A DNA stretch of 64,000 nt, from NCBI GenBank assembly GCA_040954595.2, contig CM082584.2:3350010-3414009 (forward strand), read 5' to 3'. The DNA comes from Balanoglossus misakiensis. Taxonomy: Eukaryota > Animalia > Hemichordata. This document shows positions 38,205 to 50,700 of the stretch, in pieces. Position numbers and translations under genes: made by a program. The notes beneath the pieces were generated by a model. That model saw only the letters and a list, made by a program, of their open reading frames with translations. It was not told the origin of the DNA and did not search any database. Within the stretch, counting starts at the first letter, position 1. Every line of letters starts with the position of its first letter.

Positions 38205-41200
38205 AGTTACCATGGACGATTACACTGATACCAAAAAAACTAAGCACGTGCCTAACTCGCCTTTGACAAATACAAACAAGTCATCCGCGAACGAGACTGG
38301 AAATGCAAATTTATGCAGATACAAATGGCGCCTCGATATCGAAGACTCGTGGAAAGACTTCTCCGACTTTAATAGCTTTTTTATATTTACTGTAAATGAG
38401 TTTTGGTGTGATAGTCGTTACAGACACTATTATTAGCGCTGTGTCTTAATTCGCCTCACCGACGGTCGCAACACGACTTTCCGCTCGCACGTGTTCGCTC
38501 GACCACACTCCTATTTTCCGGAGAGCAATGGCGGGCGAAGCGCGAAGATGTAGCAACACTTGGCATTTCTCTACTATTACACGTGTACTCTGGGCACCGT
38601 ACTCCTCACGGGATCTGATTCACTCAGATCAGTACACGTCCTCTAGTGTTTAATGCCACGTCATTTTTTGAGTGCATAGCTGGGATGAAATGACAGTTTA
38701 TTATCAGTCGGTACACATGACATTTTCGGCCTATTTGGAGTGTGCACAAGTTTTATAAGCTTTATAGGACCATCTAAGCTCTAAGTCACAATACAGAACT
38801 AGGTTTCGGCATGGCATACGATCAACTTAAGAGCTAGGGGTGGCCAGATAATGCGTTTTATTGACCCCTACAGTACGGAACTAGGGGAGGGCATGGCATT
38901 TTATTATGAGTTGTAGAACTAGGCAAGACATTGGCAGACATTTTACTAAACCAAGTACATGAGTATTACAGTTGATTAGCCTAAACGTTTCAGTTCATAA
39001 CTAGGAACATGGGCATGATATTTTACTAACAGTTCAAGTACCAGTACAACCCTTGGGGTGGGAGTAACATTTTTTAAACAAATATAGAGAAGCAGGGAGG
39101 GCATGACATTTTTATTATTGGTAACTTATAGTACAAAGTGAGTGTTGGGCATGACATTTGACTAACAGTTATAGTACAGAACTAGGGGAAGGCAAGGCAT
39201 TTTACTAAAAAGCAAGGGATGTGCATGATATTGTACTTACAGTTAAGTATTACATGTAGTACAATGAGGGATTGTCATAACATTTTATTAACAGCAACAG
39301 TACAGAACAAGGGGAGGGTATGACACTTTATTATCAATTAACACAGCAAGGGGACGGGCATGGCATTGGACTACCAGTTATAATACCAGTACTATGCTTG
39401 GGATAAGTGTAACATTTTACTTATAGCTTAGTACCAGTACAAAGATAGGGATGGGAATATCATTTCATTAACAGCTGAAATACATAAGGGGAGAGTATGA
39501 TATTTTATTATTAGTCATAGTGTCACTAATGGTATAACATTTTAGTATGACACATTTTGCAGAATTAGGAGCAGACATTATACTTTATTAACAATACAGA
39601 GAATATTTTCATGCAATTGTAGAGTGCAAGGAACATTCGAAACTTTATTTTGTTATGTTTATGTTAATGCCATATCAGATACCTCATGTGCAACTATCAC
39701 TGTTCCAACTGTCATATACAAGTATTTTTCAGCAACAGTAGGGAATGGGTCGTCGCACCCTGAGGGTGTCCCCCTTGATGAGAATATGCCCTCCCATACC
39801 AGTGCAAACACCACAATGGCGACCTCACGGGATCTGATTCACTCAGATCAGTACACGTCCTCTAGTGTTTAATGCCACATCATTTTTGATTGCATATGTC
39901 TCGAATTGTACCAAATAAGTTAACATGGACGATAACATTGACACCCAACAAACTAAGCACATGACTAACTCGCCTTTGCCAATTACAAACAAGTCACCCG
40001 CGAACGAGGTTGGGAGGCGTGGCTTTCTGGTATGCAAATGCAGTTACAAATGGCTCCTCGAGAACGAAGACACGTCGAAACACTTCTCCGACGTAGTCTG
40101 TTTTTATATTTACTGTAAATGAGTTTTGGTGTGATAGTCGTTACAGACACTATTATTAGCGCTGTGTCTTAATTCGCCTCACCGACGGTCGCAACACGAC
40201 TTTCCGCTCGCACGTGTTCGCTCGTCCACACTCCTATTTTCTGGAGAGCAATGGCGGGCGAAGCGCGAAGATGTAGCAACATTTGGCATTTCTCTACTAG
40301 TACACGTGTACTCTGGGCACCGTACTCCTCACGGGATCTGATTCACTCAGATCAGTACACGTCCTCTAGTGTTTAATGCCACATCATTTTTTCAGTGCGT
40401 AGCTGGGATGAAACGACAGTTTATTATCAGTCGGTACTCATGACATTTTCGGCCTATTTGGAGTGTGCACAAGTTTTATAAGCTTTATAGGACCATCTAA
40501 GCTCTAAGTCACAATACAGAACTAGGTTTCGGCATGGCATACGATCAACTTAAGAGCTAGGGGTGGCCAGATAATGCGTTTTATTGACCCCTACAGTGCG
40601 GAACTAGGGGAGGGCATGGCATTTTATTATGAGTTGTAGAACTAGGCAAGACATTGGCAGACATTTTACTAAACCAAGTACATGAGCATTACAGTTGATT
40701 AGCCTAAACGTTTCAGTTCATAACTAGGAACATGGGCATGATATTTTACTAACAGTTCAAGTACCAGTACAACCCGTGGGGTGGGAGTAACATTTTATTA
40801 ACAACTATAGAGAAGCTGGGAGGGCATGACATTTTTATTATTGGTAACTTATAGTACAAAGTGAGTGTTGGACATGACATATGACTAACAGTTATAGTAC
40901 AGAACTAGGGGAAGGCATGGCATTTTACTAAAAAGCAAGGGATGTGCATGATATTGTACTTACAGTTAAGTATTACATGTAGTAGAATGAGGGATTGTCA
41001 TAACATTTTATTAACAGCAACAGTACAGAACAAGGGGAGGTATGACACTTTATTATCAATTAACACAGCAAGGGGATGGGCATGGCGACCTTGGCGGGCG
41101 AAGGGCGAAGATGTAGCAACATTTGGCATTTCTTTACTAGGACACATGTACTCTGGGCACCGTACTCCTCACGGGATCTGATTCACTCAGATCAGTACAC

Positions 41201-44200
41201 GTCCTCTAGTGTTTAATGCCTCGTCATTTTTTGAGTGCATAGCTGGGATGAAATGACAGTTTATTATCAGTCGGTACACATGACATTTTCGGCCTATTTG
41301 GAGTGTGCACAAGTTTATAAGCTTTATAGGACCATCTAAGCTCTAAGTCACAATACAGAACTAGGTTTCGGCATGGCATACGATCAACTTAAGAGCTAGG
41401 GGTGGCCAGATAAAGCGTTTTATTGACCCCTACAGTACGGAACTAGGGGAGGGCATGGCATTTTATTATGAGTTGTAGAACTAGGCAAGACATTTTACTA
41501 AACCAAGTACATGAGCATTACAGTTGATTAGCCTAAACGTTTCAGTTCATAACTAGGAACATGGGCATGATATTTTACTAACAGTTCAAGTACCAGTACA
41601 ACCCTTGGGGTGGGAGTAACATTTTATTAACAACTATATAGAAGCAGGGAGGGCATGACATTTTTATTATTGGTAACTTATAGTACAAAGTGAGTGTTGG
41701 ACATGACATTTGACTAACAGTTATAGTACAGAACTAGGGGAAGGCATGGCATTTTACTAAAAAGCAAGGGATGTGCATGATATTGTACTTACAGTTAAGT
41801 ATAATGTAGTACAATGAGGGATTTTCATAACATTTTATTAACAGCAACAGTACAGAACAAGGGGAGGGTATGACACTTTATTATCAATTAACACAGCAAG
41901 GGGATGGGCATAGCGACCTTGGCGGACGAAACGCGAAGATGTAGCAACACTTGGCATTTCTTTACTAGGACACGTGTACTCTGGGCACCGTACTCCTCAC
42001 GGGATCTGATTCACTCAGATCAGTACACGTCCTCTAGTGTTCAATGCCACATCATTTTTGAGTGCATATGTCTCGAATTGTACCAAATAAGTTAACATGG
42101 ACGATTACATTGACACCCAACAAACTAAGCACATGACTAACTCGCCTTTGGCAATTACAAACAAGTCGCCCGCGAACGAGGCTGGGAGGCGTGGCTTTCT
42201 GGTATGAAAATGCAGATACAAATGGCTCCTCGAGAACGAAGACACGTCGAAAGACTTCTCCGACGTAGTCTGTTTTTATATTTACTGTAAATGAGTTTTG
42301 GTGTGATAGTCGTTACAGACACTATTATTAGCGCTGTGTCTTAATTCGCCTCACCGACAGACGCAACACGACTTTCCGCTCGCACGTGTTCGCTCGACCA
42401 CACTCCTATTTTCCGGAGAGCAATGGCGGGCGAAGCGCGAAGATGTAGCAACACTTGGCATTTCTCTACTAGTACACGTGTACTCTGGGCACCGTACTCC
42501 TCACGGGATCTGATTCACTCAGATCAGTACACGTCCTCTAGTGTTTAATGCCACGTCATTTTTTGAGTGCGTAGCTGGGATGAAACGACAGTTTATTATC
42601 AGTCGGTACACATGACATTTTCGGCCTATTTGGAGTGTGCACAAGTTTTATAAGCTTTATAGGACCATCTAAGCTCTAAGTCACAATACAGAACTAGGTT
42701 TCGGCATGGCATACGATCAACTTAAGAGCTAGGGGTGGCCAGATAAAGCGTTTTATTGACCCCTACAGTACGGAACTAGGGGAGGGCATGGCATTTTATT
42801 ATGAGTTGTAGAACTAGGCAAGACATTTTACTAAACCAAGTACATGAGCATTACAGTTGATAAGCCTAAACGTTTCAGTTCATAACTAGGAACATGGGCA
42901 TGATATTTTACTAACAGTTCAAGTACCAGTACAACCCTTGGGGTGGGAGTAACATTTTATTAACAACTATAGAGAAGCAGGGAGGGCATGACATTTTTAT
43001 TATTGGTAACTTATAGTACAAAGTGAGTGTTGGACATGACATTTGACTAAATAGTTATAGTACAGAACTAGGGGAAGGCATGGCATTTTACTAAAAAGCA
43101 AGGGATGTGCATGATATTGTACTTACAGTTAAGTATTACATGTAGTACAATGAGGGATTGTCATAACATTGTATTAACAGCAACAGTACAGAACAAGGGG
43201 AGGTATGACACTTTATTATCAATTAACACAGCAAGGGGATGGGCATGGCGACCTTGGCGGGCGAAGGGCGAAGATGTAGCAACATTTGGCATTTCTTTAC
43301 TAGGACACGTGTACTCTGGGCACCCTACTCCTCACGGGATCTGATTCACTCAGATCAGTACACGTCCTCTAGTGTTCAATGCCACATCATTTTTGAGTGC
43401 ATATGTCTCGAATTGTACCAAATAAGTTAACATGGACGATTACATTGACACCCAACAAACTAAGCACATGACTAACTCGCCTTTGGCAATTACAAACAAG
43501 TCGCCCGCGAACGAGGCTGGGAGGCATGGCTTTCTGGTATGCAAATGCAGATACAAATGGCTCCTCGAGAACGAAGACACGTCGAAAGACTTCTCCGACG
43601 TAGTCTGTTTTTATATTTACTGTAAATGAGTTTTGGTGTGATAGTCGTTACAGACACTATTATTAGCGCTGTGTCTTAATTCGCCTCACCGACGGTCGCA
43701 ACACGACTTTCCGCTCGCACGTGTTCGCTCGACCACACTCCTATTTTCCGGAGAGCAATGGCGGGCGAAGCGCGAAGATGTAGCAACACTTGGCATTTCT
43801 CTACTAGTACACGTGTACTCTGGGCACCGTACTCCTCACGGGATCTGATTCACTCAGATCAGTACACGTCCTCTAGTGTTTAATGCCACGTCATTTTTTG
43901 AGTGCATAGCTGGGATGAAATGACAGTTTATTATCAGTCGGTACACATGACATTTTCGGCCTATTTGGAGTGTGCACAAGTTTTATAAGCTTTATAGGAC
44001 CATCTAAGCTCTAAGTCACAATACAGAACTAGGTTTCGGCATGGCATACGATCAACTTAAGAGCTAGGGGTGGCCAGATAAAGCGTTTTATTGACCCCTA
44101 CAGTACGGAACTAGGGGAGGGCATGGCATTTTATTATGAGTTGTAGAACTAGGCAAGACATTGGCAGACATTTTACTAAACCAAGTACATGAGCATGACA

Positions 44201-46320
44201 GTTGATTAGCCTAAACGTTTCAGTTCATAACTAGGAACATGGGCATGATATTTTACTAACAGTTCAAGTACCAGTACAACCCGTGGGGTGGGAGTAACAT
44301 TTTATTAACAACTATAGAGAAGCTGGGAGGGCATGACATTTTTATTATTGGTAACTTATAGTACAAAGTGAGTGTTGGACATGACATATGACTAACAGTT
44401 ATAGTACAGAACTAGGGGAAGGCATGGCATTTTACTAAAAAGCAAGGGATGTGTATGATATTCTACTTACAGTTAAGTATTACATGTAGTACAATGAGGG
44501 ATTGTCATAACATTTTATTAACAGCAACAGTACAGAACAAAGGGAGGGTATGACACTTTATTATCAATTAATACACAGCAAGGGGATGGGCATGGCATTG
44601 GACTACCAGTTATAATGCCAGTACTATGCTTGGGATAAGTGTAACATTATACTTATAGCTTAGTACCAGTACAAAGATAGGGTTGGGAATATCATTTCAT
44701 TAACAGCTGAAATACATAAGGGGAGAGTATGATATTTTATTATTAGTCATAGTGTCACTATCTACCTTACTGGCCAACTTCAACATATTGAAGGCTTTGC
44801 CAGTGAGTGCATCCTCGTACAGGACATCAAAAAGGTCAGTTTTCTGGTTTGGTGAAGTGTAGTGCCAAAGAAGATTTGAAGGATTCATGTGACCCTGCAG
44901 ATATGATGTCTGGTGGTGTACTATTCCAGTCTTTGATTGTTCTTGGAAAGAAGGAATATTTTCTGTAGTCTGTTTTGAATTTGGGAATTTTATAACTTTT
45001 ACTATGCATGTGTCTAGTGAGTCTTAGGCGGGGGGGGGGGGGGGGGGGGTTGGAGATGCTGAAGATTGTTCATGGCAACAGTTCCTGTTGAAATTTTATA
45101 TAGCATCGATAGTCTGGCTTCTTTTCTACGTTGTTCTAATGATGTCCAGTATTTATCATGTTGTCAACACTAGAGCGATTTCGAAATCTGCCAGTCACGT
45201 AGCGTGCAGCGCGTCTTTGTGTTTTTTCTAACAAAGCTATGTCAGTCTGTTCATATGGGTCCCAAACAGTGGCGGCGTATTCAACTAGTGGTCTTACAAG
45301 TGTTGTGTATGCCTTCTCTTTCACCGATGTCGATCCTATGTTGAGGTTTCTACGGAGGAAACCAAGAGTTTTGTTTGCTTTATTGCATATTAAAGTAATA
45401 TGTTGGTGCCAATCAAGATCAGCTGTCAGTGTGCACCCTAGATACTTTTCGGATGAGCTGTGTTTGATTATCTTCCCGTTTAAACTGTACTGGTTAATTA
45501 TCGTTGAACGTTTCCTTGTTACTGACAGAACAGAGCATTTGTCTGGGTGAAAAGACATTTTCCAATTGTTGGCCCACGCAGCTAGTTTGCCTAGATCAGA
45601 TTGTAGTATTTGGGTATCAGCTTCAGATGTGATAGTGAGATAAGCTATTGTATCATCAGCAAATAGTCTTACTGAGGAATTTAAACCTGTTTGAATATCA
45701 TTGATGTAGTATAAGAACAAAGATGGGCCCAGTACAGAGCCTTATGGGACTCCCGATTCAACTAATACAGTGTCTGACGATGTACCGTCTATCGCTACTA
45801 CTTGGGTATGTTGATGGAGGAAGGATTGTATCCAATTAAGGGTTTTACCCCTTATACCATAGTGATGTAGCTTGTGAACCAACAAATTGTGACAGACTCT
45901 ATCAAAGGCTTTGGAAAAGTCCATGACTAGGACATCTGTTTGTTTACCATTTTCCATGTTTTGGGTCAAATCATCTAATAGCTCTAGTAGCTGAGTCTCA
46001 CAGGATCTACGCTGTCTAAATCCACTAATGGTATAACATTTTAGTATGACACATTTTGCAGAATAAGGAGGAGACATTATACTTTATTAACAATACAGAG
46101 AATATTTTCATGCAATTGCAGATTGCAAGGAACATTCAAAACTTTATTTTGTTATGTTTATGTTAATGCCATATCAGATACCTCATGTGCAAGTATCACT
46201 GTTTCAACTTTCATATACAAGTATTTTTCAGCAACAGTAGGGAAGGGGTCGTCGCGCCGCGAGGGTGTCCCCCCCCCCCCTTGATGAGAATATGCCCTCC
46301 CATACCAGTGCAAACCCCAC
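38205..46320. repeat. Complex tandem repeat, about 5 units of 0.8-1.6 kb, each with a CpG-rich module and a degenerate minisatellite of about 35-40 bp
   Basis: Near-identical blocks restart near 38205, 39823, 41089, 41916 and 43250; recurring GGCATG(A/G)CATTTTACTAA-type subunits. Confidence 0.85.
44761..46022 (-). mobile_element. 5'-truncated non-LTR retrotransposon (CR1/L2-group RT) inserted in the last repeat unit
   Basis: GFRQRRSCETQL, DFSKAFD, SGVP*GSVLGP (stop), LFADD, KYLG, LVRPLVEY, SFFPRTIKDWN; CACTA duplicated at 44756-44760 and 46023-46027; the empty site GTCACTAATGG is seen near 39522. Confidence 0.88.
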
Positions 46321-47768
46321 TGCAGTCGCCACGACCTACTAGGATCTTCAGTTGCTGCCATGCCCAGTCTACACTACAGTTGGCTGCTTCGTTCATTCTA
46401 AGAATGATCTAATTTGTTGAATTGTAATGTTTATAAACAAACGCAGCGCGACGACCCCTTCACTTTCATGTTGAGTTCAGGATATTCTTCCATACAGTCT
46501 TGCAAACTTATTTCATAATCATGTTTCTATAAGAGCTTGTAGTAGAAACATACAGGCAGAGAGACGGCATAGATTTTTCTTGTAAAAAAAGTATTTTGTT
46601 TCTCATATCCCCACGTGCATCAATGTGGACACCCCCCCCCCCCCTCCCCCGAAGTGTAAACAAAGGAGTCTGTCAAGTTGGGTATGAGCTACTACTTCCG
46701 TCCGTCAAGAATTCATACCATTTTCTAGTAGGGGTGTGTAGCTTTGAGGTGTTGAGGAAGAATTGGAACAGTGACAGAAATCGGAACGGATTAGCCAGCA
46801 GTGTTTTCGCTACCCGCTCGCCAAATCGCAAATGCGAGAAAAAGGTTGTGTTTGGCGAGACGATTTTCATACAAATTAGCCAAACTTGTGAAGCACTGCT
46901 ATCTAACATAGTCGTTTGTTTTGCCATGATCAACTTGCCACGATCAGTGCACTACAACTCGTGAAAGTGGACCGCTGTTCTGTTCATTGATCATCCCCCC
47001 CTCCCCCTGTATCATGAACATCGCAAGGCAATGCATTGAATTCAGCTCTTCCAGCTAGTGGCCGCACTCGCTTGATTTCCTGTGTGTGTCTCTGGGGATG
47101 CAAAGAATGCATGTATGCGCCTTTTCCTAATTTGCATATTTTGAATGGGTTAGGTCTGCCTTGACTTGAATGCGTCAAGTGTACAGGTTGTTATGGAAGT
47201 TTCTTTTTAGAACCACTAGTGTTAGTCTGTCGGCCCAACCAGCAAAAAAAGGTTCTAGAAATGTCATTATGTTGTATAGGAGTTTTGTACTACATGAAAT
47301 TAGCTGGAAATTACGGGTGGTAAACTATTGATGTGAAATCAGGTCACTTCTACTGAAAATGATGGACCCAGAGAGCAATGACTTTTAAATTATTTCATAT
47401 ACTATGTTCACAACTGCTATGTACAGCTCCTGTCAGTCAGGTCCCGCTGCTCCGCCCTCCAGGGTCCTGGTTCGCCGTTGCCCTGGGCAACGTCAGTCAT
47501 CTGCAGTTCCACTACACTTCACAGTTGCCGTAATTGGAGCCATAACCATGTGGTCAGCCTCATTGTTTGGACCTTTATGTCACAGTTTCACTGCTACGCC
47601 TTGGGACGTCCGAACGATTTTCTTCTTTGTGTAAGGTTTTCATTGATGTAAATCCTGCTGTTGTCATTAAATCCATAATTTCTGGCTGTTGTGTTACGTT
47701 CATTTCTCTTCTTGCTGTACCTGTTGTTGAAAGGTATAATGATGGGTCGGTGTCGTTAGGTCCGGTTC

Positions 47769-50700
47769 GGCTGAAAGCTTACTTCCTGAGACTGTTTGTG
47801 CCCATGACGGGTAAGACTGCTTGTGAAGTGGTGACCTAAGACAGGCGACAGTCAGGCTTCACTTACAAAAAGTGGAAAATATAATAGCTACATTGGTAGG
47901 CTGAAAGCTTACTTCCGGAGACTGTTTGTGCCCATGACGGGTAAGACCACTAGTGAAGTGGTGACCTAAGACAGGCGACAGTCAGGCTTCACTTACAAAA
48001 AGTGGAAAATATAATAGCTACATTGGTAGGCTGAAAGCTTACTTCCTGAGACTGTTTGTGCCCGTGACGGGTAAGACCGCTTATGAAGTGGTGACCTAAG
48101 ACAGGCGACAGTCAGGCTTCACTTACAAAAAGTGGAAAATATAATAGCTACATTGGTAGGCTGGAAGCTTACTTCCTGAGACTGTTTGTGCCCATGACGG
48201 GTAAGACCGCTTGTGAAGTGGTGACCTAAGACAGGCGACAGTCAGGCTTCACTTACAAAAAGTGGAAAATATAATAGCTACATTGGTAGGCTGAAAGCTT
48301 ACTTCCTGAGACTGTTTGTGCCCATGACAGGTAAGACCGCTTATGAAGTGGTGACCTAAGACAGGCGACAGTCAGGCTTCACTTACAAAAAGTGGAAAAT
48401 ATAATAGCTACATTGGTAGGCTAAAAGCTTACTTCCTGAGACTGTTTGTGCCCATGACGGGTAAGACCGCTTGTGAAGTGGTGACCTAAGACAGGCGACA
48501 GTCAGGCTTCACTTACAAAAAGTGGAAAATATAATAGCTACATTGGTAGGCTGAAAGCTTACTTCCTGAGACTGTTTGTGCCCATGACAGGTAAGACCGC
48601 TTGTGAAGTGGTGACCTAAGACAGGCGACAGTCAGGCATCACTTACAAAAAGTGGAAAATATAATAGCTACATTGGTAGGCTAAAAGCTTACTTCCTGAG
48701 ACTGTTTGTGCCCGTGACGGGTAAGACCGCTTGTGAAGTGGTGACCTAAGACAGGCGACAGTCAGGCTTCACTTACAAAAAGTGGAAAATATAATAGCTA
48801 CATTGGTAGGCTGAAAGCTTACTTCCTGAGACTGTTTGTGCCCATGACGGGTAAGACCGCTTGTGGAGTGGTGACCTAAGACAGGCGACAGTCAGGCTTC
48901 ACTTACAAAAAGTGGAAAATATAATAGCTACATTGGTAGGCTAAAAGCTTACTTCCTGAGACTGTTTGTGCCCATGACGGGTAAGACCGCTTGTGAAGTG
49001 GTGACCTAAGACAGGCGACAGTCAGGCTTCACTTACAAAAAGTGGAAAATATAATAGCTACATTGGTAGGCTGAAAGCTTACTTCCTGAGACTGTTTGTG
49101 CCCATGACGGGTAAGACCGCTTATGAAGTGGTGACCTAAGACAGGCGACAGTCAGGCTTCACTTACAAAAAGTGGAAAATATAATAGCTACATTGGTAGG
49201 CTGAAAGCTTACTTCCTGAGACTGTTTGTGCCCATGACGGGTAAGACCACTTATGAAGTGGTGACCTAAGACAGGCGACAGTCAGGCTTCACTTACAAAA
49301 AGTGGAAAATATAATAGCTACATTGGTAGGCTGAAAGCTTACTTCCTGAGACTGTTTGTGCCCATGACGGGTAAGACCGCTTGTGAAGTGGTGACCTAAG
49401 ACAGGCGACAGTCAGGCTTCACTTACAAAAAGTGGAAAATATAATAGCTACATTGGTAGGCTAAAAGCTTACTTCCTGAGACTGTTTGTGCCCATGACGG
49501 GTAAGACCGCTTGTGAAGTGGTGACCTAAGACAGGCGACAGTCAGGCTTCACTTACAAAAAGTGGAAAATATAATAGCTACATTGGTAGGCTGAAAGCTT
49601 ACTTCCTGAGACTGTTTGTGCCCATGACGGGTAAGACCACTTATGAAGTGGTGACCTAAGACAGGCGACAGTCAGGCTTCACTTACAAAAAGTGGAAAAT
49701 ATAATAGCTACATTGGTAGGCTGAAAGCTTACTTCCTGAGACTGTTTGTGCCCATGACGGGTAAGACCGCTTGTGAAGTGGTGACCTAAGACAGGCGACA
49801 GTCAGGCTTCACTTACAAAAAGTGGAAAATATAATAGCTACATTGGTAGGCTGAAAGCATACTTCCTGAGACTGTTTGTGCCCATGACGGGTAAGACCAC
49901 TTATGAAGTGGTGACCTAAGACAGGCGACAGTCAGGCTTCACTTACAAAAAGTGGAAAATATAATAGCTACATTGGTAGGCTAAAAGCTTACTTCCTGAG
50001 ACTGTTTGTGCCCATGACGGGTAAGACCGCTTGTGAAGTGGTGACCTAAGACAGGCGACAGTCAGGCTTCACTTACAAAAAGTGGAAAATATAATAGCTA
50101 CATTGGTAGGCTGAAAGCTTACTTCCTGAGACTGTTTGTGCCCATGACGGGTAAGACCACTTATGAAGTGGTGACCTAAGACAGGCGACAGTCAGGCTTC
50201 ACTTACAAAAAGTGGAAAATATAATAGCTACATTGGTAGGCTAAAAGCTTACTTCCTGAGACTGTTTGTGCCCATGACGGGTAAGACCGCTTGTGAAGTG
50301 GTGACCTAAGACAGGCGACAGTCAGGCTTCACTTACAAAAAGTGGAAAATATAATAGCTACATTGGTAGGCTGAAAGCTTACTTCCTGAGACTGTTTGTG
50401 CCCATGACGGGTAAGACCACTTATGAAGTGGTGACCTAAGACAGGCGACAGTCAGGCTTCACTTACAAAAAGTGGAAAATATAATAGCTACATTGGTAGG
50501 CTGAAAGCTTACTTCCTGAGACTGTTTGTGCCCATGACGGGTAAGACCACTTATGAAGTGGTGACCTAAGACAGGCGACAGTCAGGCTTCACTTACAAAA
50601 AGTGGAAAATATAATAGCTACATTGGTAGGCTGAAAGCTTACTTCCTGAGACTGTTTGTGCCCATGACGGGTAAGACCGCTTGTGAAGTGGTGACCTAAG

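Noticed and set aside
38212-43629. Short repeated ORFs in the tandem units
   Set aside because: Stops differ between copies and no domain is recognisable
45030-45049. Long poly-G run in the LINE 3' region as a G-quadruplex
   Set aside because: Homopolymer length is unreliable and there is no evidence of function
46241-46461. 16-bp inverted repeat GAAGGGGTCGTCGCGC / GCGCGACGACCCCTTC
   Set aside because: No clear TSD or ends; likely part of an old MITE
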